The notes under the pieces were generated by a model. The model was not told the origin of the DNA. It made no database searches and saw only the letters and a program-made list of their open reading frames with translations. DNA of 64,000 bases. It comes from Octopus sinensis. Lineage: Eukaryota. Of the stretch, positions 37,980-50,035 are shown in pieces (the first letter of the stretch is position 1; each line of letters begins with the position of its first letter). The translations under genes and the position numbers were made by a program. The stretch spans positions 83,328,001 through 83,392,000 of the forward strand of contig NC_043001.1 of assembly GCF_006345805.1 (NCBI RefSeq). The letters run 5' to 3'.

Positions 37980-37980
<1 letters not shown>
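36681..37980. repeat. Triplicated unit: 270-bp inverted arm plus a 559-bp-period tandem duplication
   Basis: 36681-36950 is the reverse complement of 36966-37235 (15-bp spacer, 1 mismatch). The unit starting at about 36948 recurs at 37507. Flanked by (TA)n on both sides. Confidence 0.95.
37086..37138 (+). ncRNA. Hammerhead-like motif (family E); also at 37645-37697 (+) and 36778-36830 (-)
   Basis: UGAG-CUGAUGA-[26-nt bulged stem II]-GAAA-CGUACG-UU-CUCA. Stem I and palindromic stem III are in register, but the base of stem II is U.U rather than G-C. Confidence 0.45.
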
Positions 37981-38045
<65 letters not shown>

Positions 38046-38059
38046 ATATATATGTAATG

Positions 38060-38090
<31 letters not shown>

Positions 38091-38114
38091 TATATATATA
38101 TGTATATATATATG

Positions 38115-38149
<35 letters not shown>

Positions 38150-38168
38150 ATATGTATATATATATATG

Positions 38169-38228
<60 letters not shown>

Positions 38229-38240
38229 TACATATATATA

Positions 38241-38420
38241 TAATCAAATAAACGAACAATAAAATTAACAATAACAAACAAGAGAACGTGCACAAGGAAT
38301 GTGTTAGTTTGACGCTCAGTAAAAGGAGAGAACTTCTGACGTTTCGAGCATAGCTTTTCGTTTCAAAGTAGAAACGGAAAAGTCCAAACAAGGAAAAGAA
38401 ATCACCAACAGCACATGTGT
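38241..38420 (-). mobile_element. Family C short element, degenerate hammerhead
   Basis: Minus strand ...AAACGAAAAGCUAUGCUCGAAACGUCAGAAG, with the same flanking body as 26001 and 48346. Confidence 0.6.
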
Positions 38421-38438
38421 AGTTACATTGTTGAAGTC

Positions 38439-38471
<33 letters not shown>

Positions 38472-39867
38472 GTATGTATGTATGTATGTATGTATGTATG
38501 TATGTATGTGTATATGCGTGTGTGTGTATTTATGTACGTATATAGTTCTTGTTAGACTTTACAAAAGTTATAATTTTTTTTTACTAGTTTTCAGATCCTG
38601 GGGATTTAGCAGTTCATTATGACTTTACTTGCTGCTGTTAAAACATCTACGTTGTTACTTGAACTGTTAAACTGCCGTGTTGCATGGCATGGCTTTTATT
38701 GGGTGCTAGTTTTTTTTTTATGTTACTAATTACTTCGTATTAGGTTTTACTACTTATTTTGTGGTTTACGCTCGACACGAATGTTTGCCAGTTTCCGATG
38801 TATTTTTACGATTTAATTTCTTTGTTATTTCCTTCTTTAGCTTATTTGTTTATTTCGTTGATGTTGAGGATTTTTTTTCTATTGTGTGTGATGTTGGCAG
38901 TAAGCTCAGAGTTTTTAATCAGGCTAGCTAGTTCTATTGTACAATTGGTGTTGCATTCTTTCATGTTGCTTTATGGGGTGTCTTTTTTTGTTAAAAAAAT
39001 AGCACTTTCTATAATGATTCCGTTTTTGTCTGCATATGCATTGCGGTATCCATGCAGGCGTTGCGATATACTTGAAAACTTCGATCTCTTCTTTTCACTT
39101 ATATGGTTATTGGTGATGTTGTTTTTATTGTTAGCTCCAAGTTGGTTATGATGACTGAACAAACTTATTTAAAAAGCTCTCCAGCTGGGACCATCATGTC
39201 TTATTTTCAGGAATTATGCATTGAGAACCACATTATTCATTCTGTGCTTATTTAAAACTACTGTGTATATTTGCGACACATTCAACTTCTAATTCTAGTA
39301 GATCACGACAAACCGATTTCAGTTTAAATAAATTATATAACCCAGCCGGTATTGAGCACTCTCTATCTCCTTCGCTCACAAACTGTGACGTTTGGCTGAA
39401 TGATTAAGAGGAACGCTTCGTAATCACAAGGTCTCAGGTTCGATGTTACTGAACAGCATTTGGGCGAGTGGGTTTTACCATAGTCTTACATTATATTTCA
39501 AAGGCAAGGAAATTCACCTGAACGACCAACAGACGGATATCCATTAATTTAGTTTTTTATGCGTTTGCGTGAGAGAGAGAGAGGGGGGGAGAGAGAGCGA
39601 GTGTGCATATATGTATGTATATATGTATATATATATATGCGCGCATACACACACTCAGCGATTATATATATTGATTTTTCACATATATGTATACGTGTAT
39701 GTTTGTATATGTGTATCTGTCTCTGTTTCTGAGTGTGTGTGCTAGAGATTTGTATATTCGTGTTTGTTTACTTAAATATGTATTCATGTATGCCTACCTA
39801 GTTGAATGTACGTATGTGTGTGTATGTGTGTGTAAATATATAATCTACCTACCTACCTACCTACCTA

Positions 39868-39919
<52 letters not shown>

Positions 39920-40062
39920 CATATATATACATGTATATATATTGTATATATATATCAGTTATATATATATATATATATATCTTATATATATATATAGCAT
40001 ACACATTCACATATATACATACATACGCATATCAGATGCGTATACATATATGTACATATATA

Positions 40063-40107
<45 letters not shown>

Positions 40108-40889
40108 CTTAGAAATTCTGAATGACCGCCAATATATCTATCTATCTACTCTCTCACCCGTTACTAATCAATAATATCAGATTCGTTTATCGTCCATCGG
40201 GACACTCTTCCGTAACCTTTGACATCCAATAACACTGGATACCGCAATCTCTCTTCTCTCCGTTGCCAACATAATCCTTTCTGATCGTTTGTTTCAGCTT
40301 TTTACGGTTCACTGTTGTTTCTGATGTTGTTGTTGTTGGTGGTGGTGGTGGTTTTAGTAAGGGGTGGGGGTATTTTTGTTGTTGTTTAGCCCAAGGTATT
40401 CTCTTTAGTAGTAGATGTTAGTGTTTGAAACTGCTCAGCTTTTACCATCTGCTCTTGATTTTAAAAAAATTTCCGTAATTTTTAGATCATATTCTCTACA
40501 TCTTATGCTTCAACTTTTGGCACAGTTGTGTGCGATTTGAGGAGGGAGAGATTTGGCTGCTACATCTAGTAAATCAAGCCACAACTTAAAAACGTTTCCG
40601 CATTGATTTGTAGTTATGTAGTAGCAGTAGCAGCAGTTGTCACTGTAGCAGCAGCGGCGGCAGCCGTTCAAGAATTTGGACCTGGAGATCTCCATTTCCT
40701 GCGACTTCGAGAGCCACCTCCCAGTGGTGTCGAGCGTCAACGAAGAGCCCTCGACTACAACAAGACGACCAGAGTTTTTTATTTCCAAGGTCTGGAGTCT
40801 CCCGCCCCTAAGCCCTAGACCATCACCTAATCACCTTTACCCGTCTTGTTGCAACAACAAGAGCAGCAGCGGCAGCAGTAGCTGTAGTG

Positions 40890-40929
<40 letters not shown>

Positions 40930-40964
40930 CTTCAGCATCAATAGCTGCGACTGAAACCGTGTTA

Positions 40965-40981
40965 ATCTATCTATCTATCTA

Positions 40982-41014
<33 letters not shown>

Positions 41015-41015
41015 G

Positions 41016-41060
<45 letters not shown>

Positions 41061-41064
41061 AATC

Positions 41065-41108
<44 letters not shown>

Positions 41109-41132
41109 TATATATATTGTCTGTCTGTCTGC

Positions 41133-41177
<45 letters not shown>

Positions 41178-41206
41178 ATCTATCTATCTATATATTTGTC
41201 TGTCTG

Positions 41207-41294
<88 letters not shown>

Positions 41295-41312
41295 GCTATC
41301 TATCTATCTATC
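40965..41312. repeat. (TCTA)n microsatellite with internal (TA)n
   Basis: Direct inspection. Confidence 0.98.
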
Positions 41313-41322
41313 TTTAGGTATA

Positions 41323-41822
41323 ACGTAAATCCTCGAGTATAGTCCGCCCTTGAGTATAATACGCAGGGTATTTTTAGGGGGCTGTACCTCTGAAAAACCT
41401 AAACCTTGTGTATAATATGCACCACTTCTCTAACTTGAGTCGCGTGTAATTAAGCCAGCAGCACCTAATCGAACAAAAACTTCCGCGCATGCGTAATACA
41501 ATAATGGGAATGTAAATATGTTCGCAAATTGTTTTTGTTACATGTTATTCTGTGTTCTGAATACGTTTATTTTAATAAATGTTGCTTACTGCAAGTTATA
41601 GATGATTTTTTTTATGACCTCATTGCTCTCAGGCTTAGCTTAAGCTATTTTCACGGCCGACATTTCAAAATGCGTCTGAATAAACATTGCCGGACAACAA
41701 ATAGACACTTGGACATTGATCAGAAAATATTTTTCCTTTTTTACCTCGTATATAGTATGCACTAGGGATTTTGACCTTTAAATTTTGGGAAAAAAATGCG
41801 GATTATACTCGAAGATTTACGG
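41323..41822. mobile_element. pogo/Tigger-type MITE, inverted relative to the 20985 copy
   Basis: Same TIRs, and the internal sequence is the reverse complement of the 20985-21501 copy. Confidence 0.85.
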
Positions 41823-42543
41823 TAATTATAATTTTGGATGTATGGATGCAAATTAATATAAGAGAAATTACTCAAAGTTTTTAGCAAAATCACTCAGTTT
41901 TATGTATTTGAGTATTTCTTCCGGCTCTTGAATTTCTAAATTGAAGTCCCACCAGAAATCAACTTTTCCTTTCATCCACTTTAGGTATATAGAATAAAAC
42001 ACCAGTCCAGTACTGGAGTTGATAACATCGTTAACGCCATCTCCACAAAATTGGTGGTTTGATGTCTCTGTTAGAAATTATTGTTATTTTGTGACCAATT
42101 CGCTGAGTGGTGAGAGCCCTGGATAAAATAATATACTGGATTAGACTCGGTTGTCTCTAATCAGAATTCAAATCCTGCCAGGATCAACATTTTATTTTAG
42201 CCGCCCAAGATCGATGAAATAAGTCTTTGGAGAGACTTGTCTTTCTTTCCTCTACTTCTCAGAATACTATACGTTGCGCTTTGATAACGGTCCCGCAGGG
42301 TTTATTTGTAGCTGCCCTTTCTCTTGAACTAGAGAAGCCTTGGGCAAGAGGCTTACAACTTCTCATAGAAAAATTAATATGTTGTGGCTGTGTGGTAAGA
42401 AGCTTGCTTCCCAATCAAATGGTTCCGGGTTCAGTCCCACTGAGTGGCACTTTAGGCTGCGTCTTTCACTATAGCTTCGGGCTAACCGAAGCTTTGTGAG
42501 TGGACTTAGTACACGGAAACTGAAAGAAGCCTGTCATATATAA

Positions 42544-42603
<60 letters not shown>

Positions 42604-42686
42604 ATATACATATATATATGTATACCCACACTCACGCACACACATATGTATAAGTCATGGGTGAGTGTGTGTGCATATATAAATAC

Positions 42687-42775
<89 letters not shown>

Positions 42776-43184
42776 AAGCCAGCTCTGTCTGTGTGTTTGT
42801 GCGCTTATAACTCGAGTATTGTTCATCCGATCGCGCTGAAATTTTAAACATGGATAAATGAATCTAAAAAAATTTTCAAAGTGAGAATCGCTATTTTTGC
42901 AATGTCTGCCTGTCCATAGCATTATTAAAACTTACATTTTTATTTTTATTTGAAACTACTGTTACGTATCCCGTTGTTCTTACCACTATGTCAGTGAAAA
43001 TCGAAATAAAATACTTAAAGCAACATTTGTCATATACAAAAGCCAAGGTCCATGCTGTGTCATGGGGCAAAATAATTTCCAATTTCTTGCCTATTGCGAG
43101 CCCAGAGCAATCTCTTATCACTTACGCTATTATAGTATTACGTCTTTATTGTGAGATAATACTCTCAGTTTGAAAGAATTCTAT

Positions 43185-43236
<52 letters not shown>

Positions 43237-43264
43237 CATTTAAAACAGAGAAAAAACTGCCTTC

Positions 43265-43295
<31 letters not shown>

Positions 43296-43303
43296 CACAC
43301 ACC

Positions 43304-43359
<56 letters not shown>

Positions 43360-43432
43360 TAAAAACGGTAAGATAACAAAAGAATAGAGGAATAGAGGAA
43401 ATTTATCTGTAAAATAATAATACCCGAATTTG

Positions 43433-43467
<35 letters not shown>

Positions 43468-43470
<3 letters not shown>

Positions 43471-43876
43471 TGTTATGTTTCGGAATGGTTATTTTGCCAG
43501 TTTAGCCAATAAAAACACACGCACTATATATTTGGTGTTATTTTGCTTCAGTGTTATTTATTTTTTACATTAATCTTAATCTTATTTCGGCCAGAGTTCT
43601 TTCGTCACACTCCTGTGACCGCATAGAGATATGCGCAAATGAAGACATACAATAGAAATACAAAATGGCAGACGGTCAGTAAGGAGAGACACAAATAAGA
43701 AAGAAGAAAACAAAGGACCACTGATGCGGTCACCGGAGTGTGACGAAAGAACTCTGGCCGAAATAGATTAAGATTAATGTAAAAAATAAATAACATGAAG
43801 CAACATAACACCAAATATATAGTGCGTGTGTTTTATGGGCTAAACTGGCAAAATGACCATTCCGAAATATACAATA
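43468..43876. mobile_element. Fold-back element: about 155-bp inverted arms around a 99-bp spacer
   Basis: 43468-43624 pairs with 43724-43876 with a few mismatches and indels. Lies in a CA/TA microsatellite. Confidence 0.8.
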
Positions 43877-43912
43877 TCTATTTCAACAAGAGACTTCACA
43901 TAAAAATCTTGC

Positions 43913-43961
<49 letters not shown>

Positions 43962-44377
43962 GATATTCCTTATGCATTCCAAAACCGAATTACCGATTTT
44001 GACGTATGGCGTATCAAAATATTCAGTACTATTTCGGCTACAAATTAAACTTAATTGTGTTTATGTCCCCATAACTTAGCTGTTCGGCAAAAGAGACCAA
44101 CAGAATAAGTACCAAGCTTTAAAACTGTACTGGGATCGATTCAGTTGACTAAAAAAGAATCTTCAAGATGGTGCCCTAACATGGCCGCAGTATAATGACT
44201 GACACAAGTAAATGATAAAAAGTAAATGATGGTTATTGATCCAATTGACCAAGGACTGGCCAATATACAGATCAAAATGGAAAATAAATTAAAATAGCTG
44301 ATTCCTGGTAGAAATCTAGGTGTTATATTTTACCAGTAATTAGAAGAATATTTAATCTATCATTAAATAATAGGTGT

Positions 44378-44765
44378 AGATATAGCTGTGTGGTTACGAA
44401 GCTTTCTCTGCGATCACGTGGTTTAGGGTTCAGTCCCACTGCGTGGCACCTTGAACAAATGTCTTCTAATATAGCACCGGGTCGAGCGATACCTTGTGAG
44501 TGAATTTGGTAGACGGAAACTGTGTGGAAACCCATCCCATATATGTGTGTGTATACATATACATATGCGCGAGTGTGTATTTGTTTGGTTTCCAATACCA
44601 TTTGATTTGCTTACATCCCCGTAACTTAGCAGTCCCGAAAAACAGACCGATAAAATATATACCAGACTTAAAAATAACTACTGGGATCGATTGGTTCGAC
44701 TAAACTTTTCAAGACAGTACCCCAGTATGGCCGCAGCCATATGACTGGAAGAAATAAAAAATAAA
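44378..44765 (+). mobile_element. Family-B SINE, full length (extra tail-only copy at about 44045-44215)
   Basis: Head, microsatellite and tail CAGTATGGCCGCAGCCATATGACTG. Confidence 0.85.
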
Positions 44766-45839
44766 CGATATAAGATATTACAAAACATCTATGTGGGTGG
44801 CCTAACTATTTAAATACATTCAACTTATGCTGTTGATGTGTGCAAAAAAGAGAGGAGTGTCTTCTGGTCGACCGTTTCATCGTTTGCCGACCGCTTTTCA
44901 GAAAATCCAACTTCCTTTCACAGTCAGTAGAACCGAGCACCCGCTGCATAAAGCAGTCAGGAATTAGTTTAGCACCGTAGTGCACTTGTGCATTTTGGCG
45001 ACTTGTCTTTAAGTAAACAAACGCCATTTTATGCCCAATAAAGCTTAAGTGATAACTGAAATGCATTTAGATATTATATATCCTTACTACGGTTGAACTA
45101 ACAAGCTAAACACATCTTTTTTATGCCATTGATAAGTGCAAGAAAGAGGGGCGGGGTCACACGGTTTGCTGAGTGGTCCTCAAATATAATGTACCCGGTT
45201 TGTTTTCCAAATCAACAGCACAGACTGGCTACTATGTAACTTACTGAACTCAGTCTCTCTTGAAACCTGGACCCTCGAGGCCGGTGTTTAAACGCCTCCT
45301 GAACAGGGTGCCAGTCCTCTCAAAGTTAACTTCTTAGCTATTGCTGAAACTCAGTTGCGGCTGAGTGAACTGAAAAAACGTGAAATGACGTGTTTTGATC
45401 AAGAACACAACCCACCGTTCGGCCCAAGAATCGAAACCACAATCTTACGATCGTGAGCGTAACACCCTAATCACCAGGTTAAGTGCCTGTATAGTGTATA
45501 AAGTACTCATAAATTAAACGAGCACCGTAATGGTTGCCTAATTTGCATGTATTTTTTTTCAGCTCTGCATTGAACAATTTTCATTTTATGCACAACGTAG
45601 CGTAAATCAGAATTGAAATATATTGAAATATTACGGAGCCTCACTGTGAGTTAAATAAGAATGCAAACAGTAATTAATGTACGAATGAGTGTTGTAGCCT
45701 TTCACTCATTATCGAACACTTCTGCCATTAACATTTGGCAGAAAAGTATTATTTTCTATAATGTTGAATGAAAAAGATAAGTGGACGAAAGCAACAATGA
45801 TAATGGGGGAACAATTGACGATTAGCGAACAAGGTAGCA

Positions 45840-45880
45840 ACATAATAATAATGATAATAATAGTAATAATAATAATAATA

Positions 45881-45928
<48 letters not shown>

Positions 45929-46020
45929 GATAATAATAATAATAATAATAATAATTATATGATAATAGTAATAATAATAATAATAATAATGATAATAATA
46001 ATAATAATAATAATAATGTG

Positions 46021-46092
<72 letters not shown>
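45840..46092. repeat. (TAA)n microsatellite
   Basis: Direct inspection. Other TAA arrays at about 62995-63090 and 63720-63785. Confidence 0.98.
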
Positions 46093-46093
<1 letters not shown>

Positions 46094-46338
46094 GTAATCG
46101 AGATGGTTTCATTGAGGAAATTTATGGTTTCGCACATTCTTTATTTCTATGAAAGCGATAATTCATGGTTTGTGGTGCTTTTATTTTCTATTTATTTTGA
46201 AACCGCATATTCTATTGTGCTTGGAATTCTTATACGTATGATTATATTCAAACTTTTCATATTTTCATATTCACTTAATTAAATTTGCTTTATGTGTATA
46301 TTATTGTTGCTGATATATATATATATATATTAAGCGAG

Positions 46339-46895
46339 TTTGTAGTTATAAATGGAGTTAAGCAGCGGTGCGTACTTACACCAGCACTATTCTTCCTCTA
46401 TCTCGCAGCAATGTTGGAAGTTGCCTTCGAAGGAGTTGGAGGCGCGATTTACATCCAGACGTGGCATGATGCTGATTTGTTCGAGGCTGCACAGTATAAA
46501 GCAAAGACGTGCACTACGAGGGCCCTTGCGCGAGAGATCCTGTTCGCTGTTGATAGCGTACTGGTTGCCCACAACGCTGAAGATATGCAGAAAATGGTAG
46601 ATAGCTTTGCCAGTGCTGCACAACAGTTAATCTTGAAGATTAACGTCAGAAAAACTAAATGCCTTTACCAACTTGTGGAGAATCTAAACGTCCCTGTAAC
46701 AGAAGAAAACATCACTATTAGACTATTAGTCCTGTCCACAGCATTCAAATATCTAAGCAATACTATCTTAGGCAATGCACGACAGGACCAGGAAATCACA
46801 TACATGATGAGCAGAGCTAGTGCTTCATTTGGCAGGCTGCTATAGAGACAGTGGGAAAATAGACATGTTTCTATGTGTCAAATATAAGGTATACC
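46339..46895 (+). mobile_element. RTE-clade (BovB-like) LINE reverse transcriptase fragment, decayed
   Basis: NGVKQRCVLTPALF, EILFAVDSVLVAH (degenerate FADD), FKYLSNTI, SRASASFGRL. Confidence 0.85.
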
Positions 46896-46903
46896 AGGTT
46901 ATA

Positions 46904-47318
46904 GCGAAGTCTGCTTTAGAAGCGTTGAGATGTCTTAGAAAGTTAAAGAAGTGATTTTAAATTCTCAAACGCAGGATAATGCTAATAATATAGCCTGAAC
47001 AGGATAAGCTATCCCTGTTGGCGGCCGGCTCTGAAACTCGAACTCACTTCTCCGTGATTACGCGTCGCGGTGCTAAACCGCTCACACCACAAATTATTCT
47101 GCAAACTTAAGATATCATATGTTAAATTCAAATTACGATGAACGTAAACAAACAAACGAAGTTTGCTTTAGAAGCATTGGGATGTCTTAGAAAGTTAAGG
47201 AAGTGATTTTAAATTCTCAAACGCAGGATAATGCTAATAATATAACCTGAACAGGATGAGCTACCCCAATTTTGGCTATGAGACTCGAACTCACACCTCC
47301 GAGATTACGCGTCGCGGT
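46904..47318 (-). repeat. 252-bp-period tandem duplication containing a tRNA-like (SINE-type) head
   Basis: GAAGTCTGCTTTAGAAGC at 46906 recurs at 47158. Minus strand 47020-47089 has A-box TGGTGTGAGCGGTTTAGC, an anticodon-like arm and B-box GAGTTCGAGT. Confidence 0.75.
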
Positions 47319-48418
47319 AGTGGTGTGTGTGTGCGTGTTTGTGTATGAATTGAATTATGCTTATACAGATGCTCCTTCTTTTTCCGTCTGCGAGCGTACT
47401 GCATTTATTAAGATAATATTCTTTATAAGTTACAGTGTTGGTTAATAATATATAGATATGTTCTATACTCTATTGTACATTATAGAGTTACGTGTGTTGC
47501 GTATGTTTGTGCTTGTGTGCTTTTGTGCGTGTGTGGTGTTGTGCGTGTGTGTATAAATATACACATATATAGCTACGTACGTACACGCACACACTTTGTA
47601 TGTAGGTATGCATGTATATGTATGTGAGTTTGTATAGATATATACATATGTATTTGTGTGTGTAATAATATATGTAATTACATAGTAGAAAAGATCATAC
47701 TGTATAGACGCACACTATCACAAACATACACACGCATCCGCATGCCACACACACACACACACACACACGTATCCGTATGCCACAGATACACACACGCACC
47801 CACTCATGCACACACTCGCACACATACACAGACTACGGTTATATGAACGAAACTGGCGGGATGTATTTGGCTGGGATAATTGATTATCCCGATAGCCGAA
47901 TGGAGCGTACACAAAGGGAACCATATTGAACATAATTTGACAAAGACAAAAAAAAGAAACCAACGACAAAAATCCATATTTACAAAGTTTTTTTTTATTA
48001 TATTATTCAATAGACAAAACTTTGTCCTCTTTTGCAATTTTCGATACCGTTTCATCACGATCCAGTGACTGTGAAATGTCGTTTTTGTGACTGATTCTCT
48101 TTGGCGCTCATTCTGTTCTTACAATGTTGGTAACAGCAACCGACTTTGTTACGTTTAACAAATGGAGTTTGTTATACTTTTAAATCGTTTATCATATCGG
48201 TCATTTTATGTGTTAAAACCATTTTAATATTGCCATTTATGGATAAAACTAAGATTAAAGGATAAAGCTTTTTTCCGTGTAATATTGAATCATAAGACCG
48301 GATTTCCAGTTTTCTGCAGCATACACACACACACACACACACACATATGTGACCGCGTGTGTATCGTTGGCGATTTTCTTTCTCCGCCTTCCCTTCCTTG
48401 GACATTTCCTTTTTCTAT

Positions 48419-48453
48419 GTTTCTGACGAAGAGCTCCGCTCGAAACGTTATAT
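48419..48453 (+). ncRNA. Minimal hammerhead motif (family C) within an element of about 200 bp at 48346-48550
   Basis: CUGACGA-A-GAGC-UCC-GCUC-GAAA-CGUU: intact core, 4-bp stem II, self-complementary ACGU stem III. Stem I is weak. Confidence 0.6.
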
Positions 48454-48553
48454 CCTCCTTCTTTCTTTCTTTTCCTGAGCATCCAATAGCACTATACTTG
48501 TTCCACGTCCTCACGTTGCTATGTTTTCTCTGTTCATGTTTGGATTAACTATG

Positions 48554-48623
<70 letters not shown>

Positions 48624-48748
48624 AGCAATTATACTCGCTCAACTAGATCCCTCTTATAGCCATTCTTTATCCTGTAGAGTTGATCCCTTGTAAAGACATT
48701 GGAATCTAAGTTTGAATCATTTGAGTATAAGTGACTTATATACAAAGA

Positions 48749-48828
48749 ATCTCTAGATCTCATCTGTAGGCTATATATGTATATATATATTTATACATAT
48801 ATATAGCCTACAGATGAGATCCAGAGAT
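48749..48828. repeat. Short palindrome centred on a TA tract
   Basis: ATCTCTAGATCTCATCTGTAGGCTATATAT ... ATATATAGCCTACAGATGAGATCCAGAGAT. Confidence 0.85.
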
Positions 48829-48987
48829 CGGCATATTTGGCATTAGAATTTTTTTCCTTTTTTCTTTTGCCCTCATTTATGAATTATATATATATAGTAT
48901 AGGCGGTGCTCCAGCATGGCCGCCGCAGTCAAATGACTGAAACAAGTAAAAAGAGAAAAAAAAGAGAGTATATATTATAGATATATA

Positions 48988-49028
<41 letters not shown>

Positions 49029-49867
49029 CTCTCTGGACGGGACACCGGTCCGTCGCAAGATTACTCATTTTTGCCCTCTGAGTGGACTGGAGCAACGTGA
49101 AGAGAAGTGTTTTGCTTAACAAAGCAACGCATTGCCTGGTGCAGCAATCGAAACCATGACTAATCACTAAGCCATGCATATCCACATTACGTATCACACA
49201 GTTACTGCAGTATCTGATTATATATGAGATTATATGTGTCATGAATTTGCCGAGTCAAAAACTATAAATATTAGAGAGAGGCGAATATTCGTCCCATGAC
49301 TGGCCAGTGTGTACACCCGATGTATTTCAGCCTTCTTGAGCGTTGTCAATAGTTCGTAATCATAGCCAGCTACATGCTCAGACGAGTATAGCATAGATGT
49401 TATCTCAAAACAAGCACTAGCCTATCGACATTGTTTATACATTAAGTATGATACATAGATGACTATTTGAATCAAATACTGGCTTCATTCGCTTAATACG
49501 GATTTTACTCTTATTTATATTTGTGACTGCTATCAAATTAGCTGGCCAATCGACGAGTGGTATTTTTCATGAGAAAAGACGCAATTGTCAACAGGGTGTC
49601 ATCTACCAGTGCAGGTAACACCTTTTTGATATGATCTTGTTTTTATTTATATTTTCTACATAATGTTTATTTATTAGAGTTTACTTGCAACCAATGTAAA
49701 CAAGAAACGAAATTGTAGCACTAGTATTATTCTGGAGTATGTATAATAGAAGCAAAAAAAAAAATAAATAAAGATAAATAAATATTGTTGACATCTTAGA
49801 AACTACTTCAAATAATCAGAAATTTGGATAAATGAAACACGGATAGCAGATTACTAACTATACACAC

Positions 49868-49924
<57 letters not shown>

Positions 49925-49999
49925 TGTATACGTATATTTATATGTACGCATATTTGTATGTATGGATACCTATGTATGTGTATATGTACTAATGATTAT

Positions 50000-50035
<36 letters not shown>

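Noticed and set aside
38759-39162. ORFs of 130 aa (+) and 63 aa (-)
   Set aside because: Compositional bias only, with no motif. Possibly an ancient LINE relic, but not supportable.
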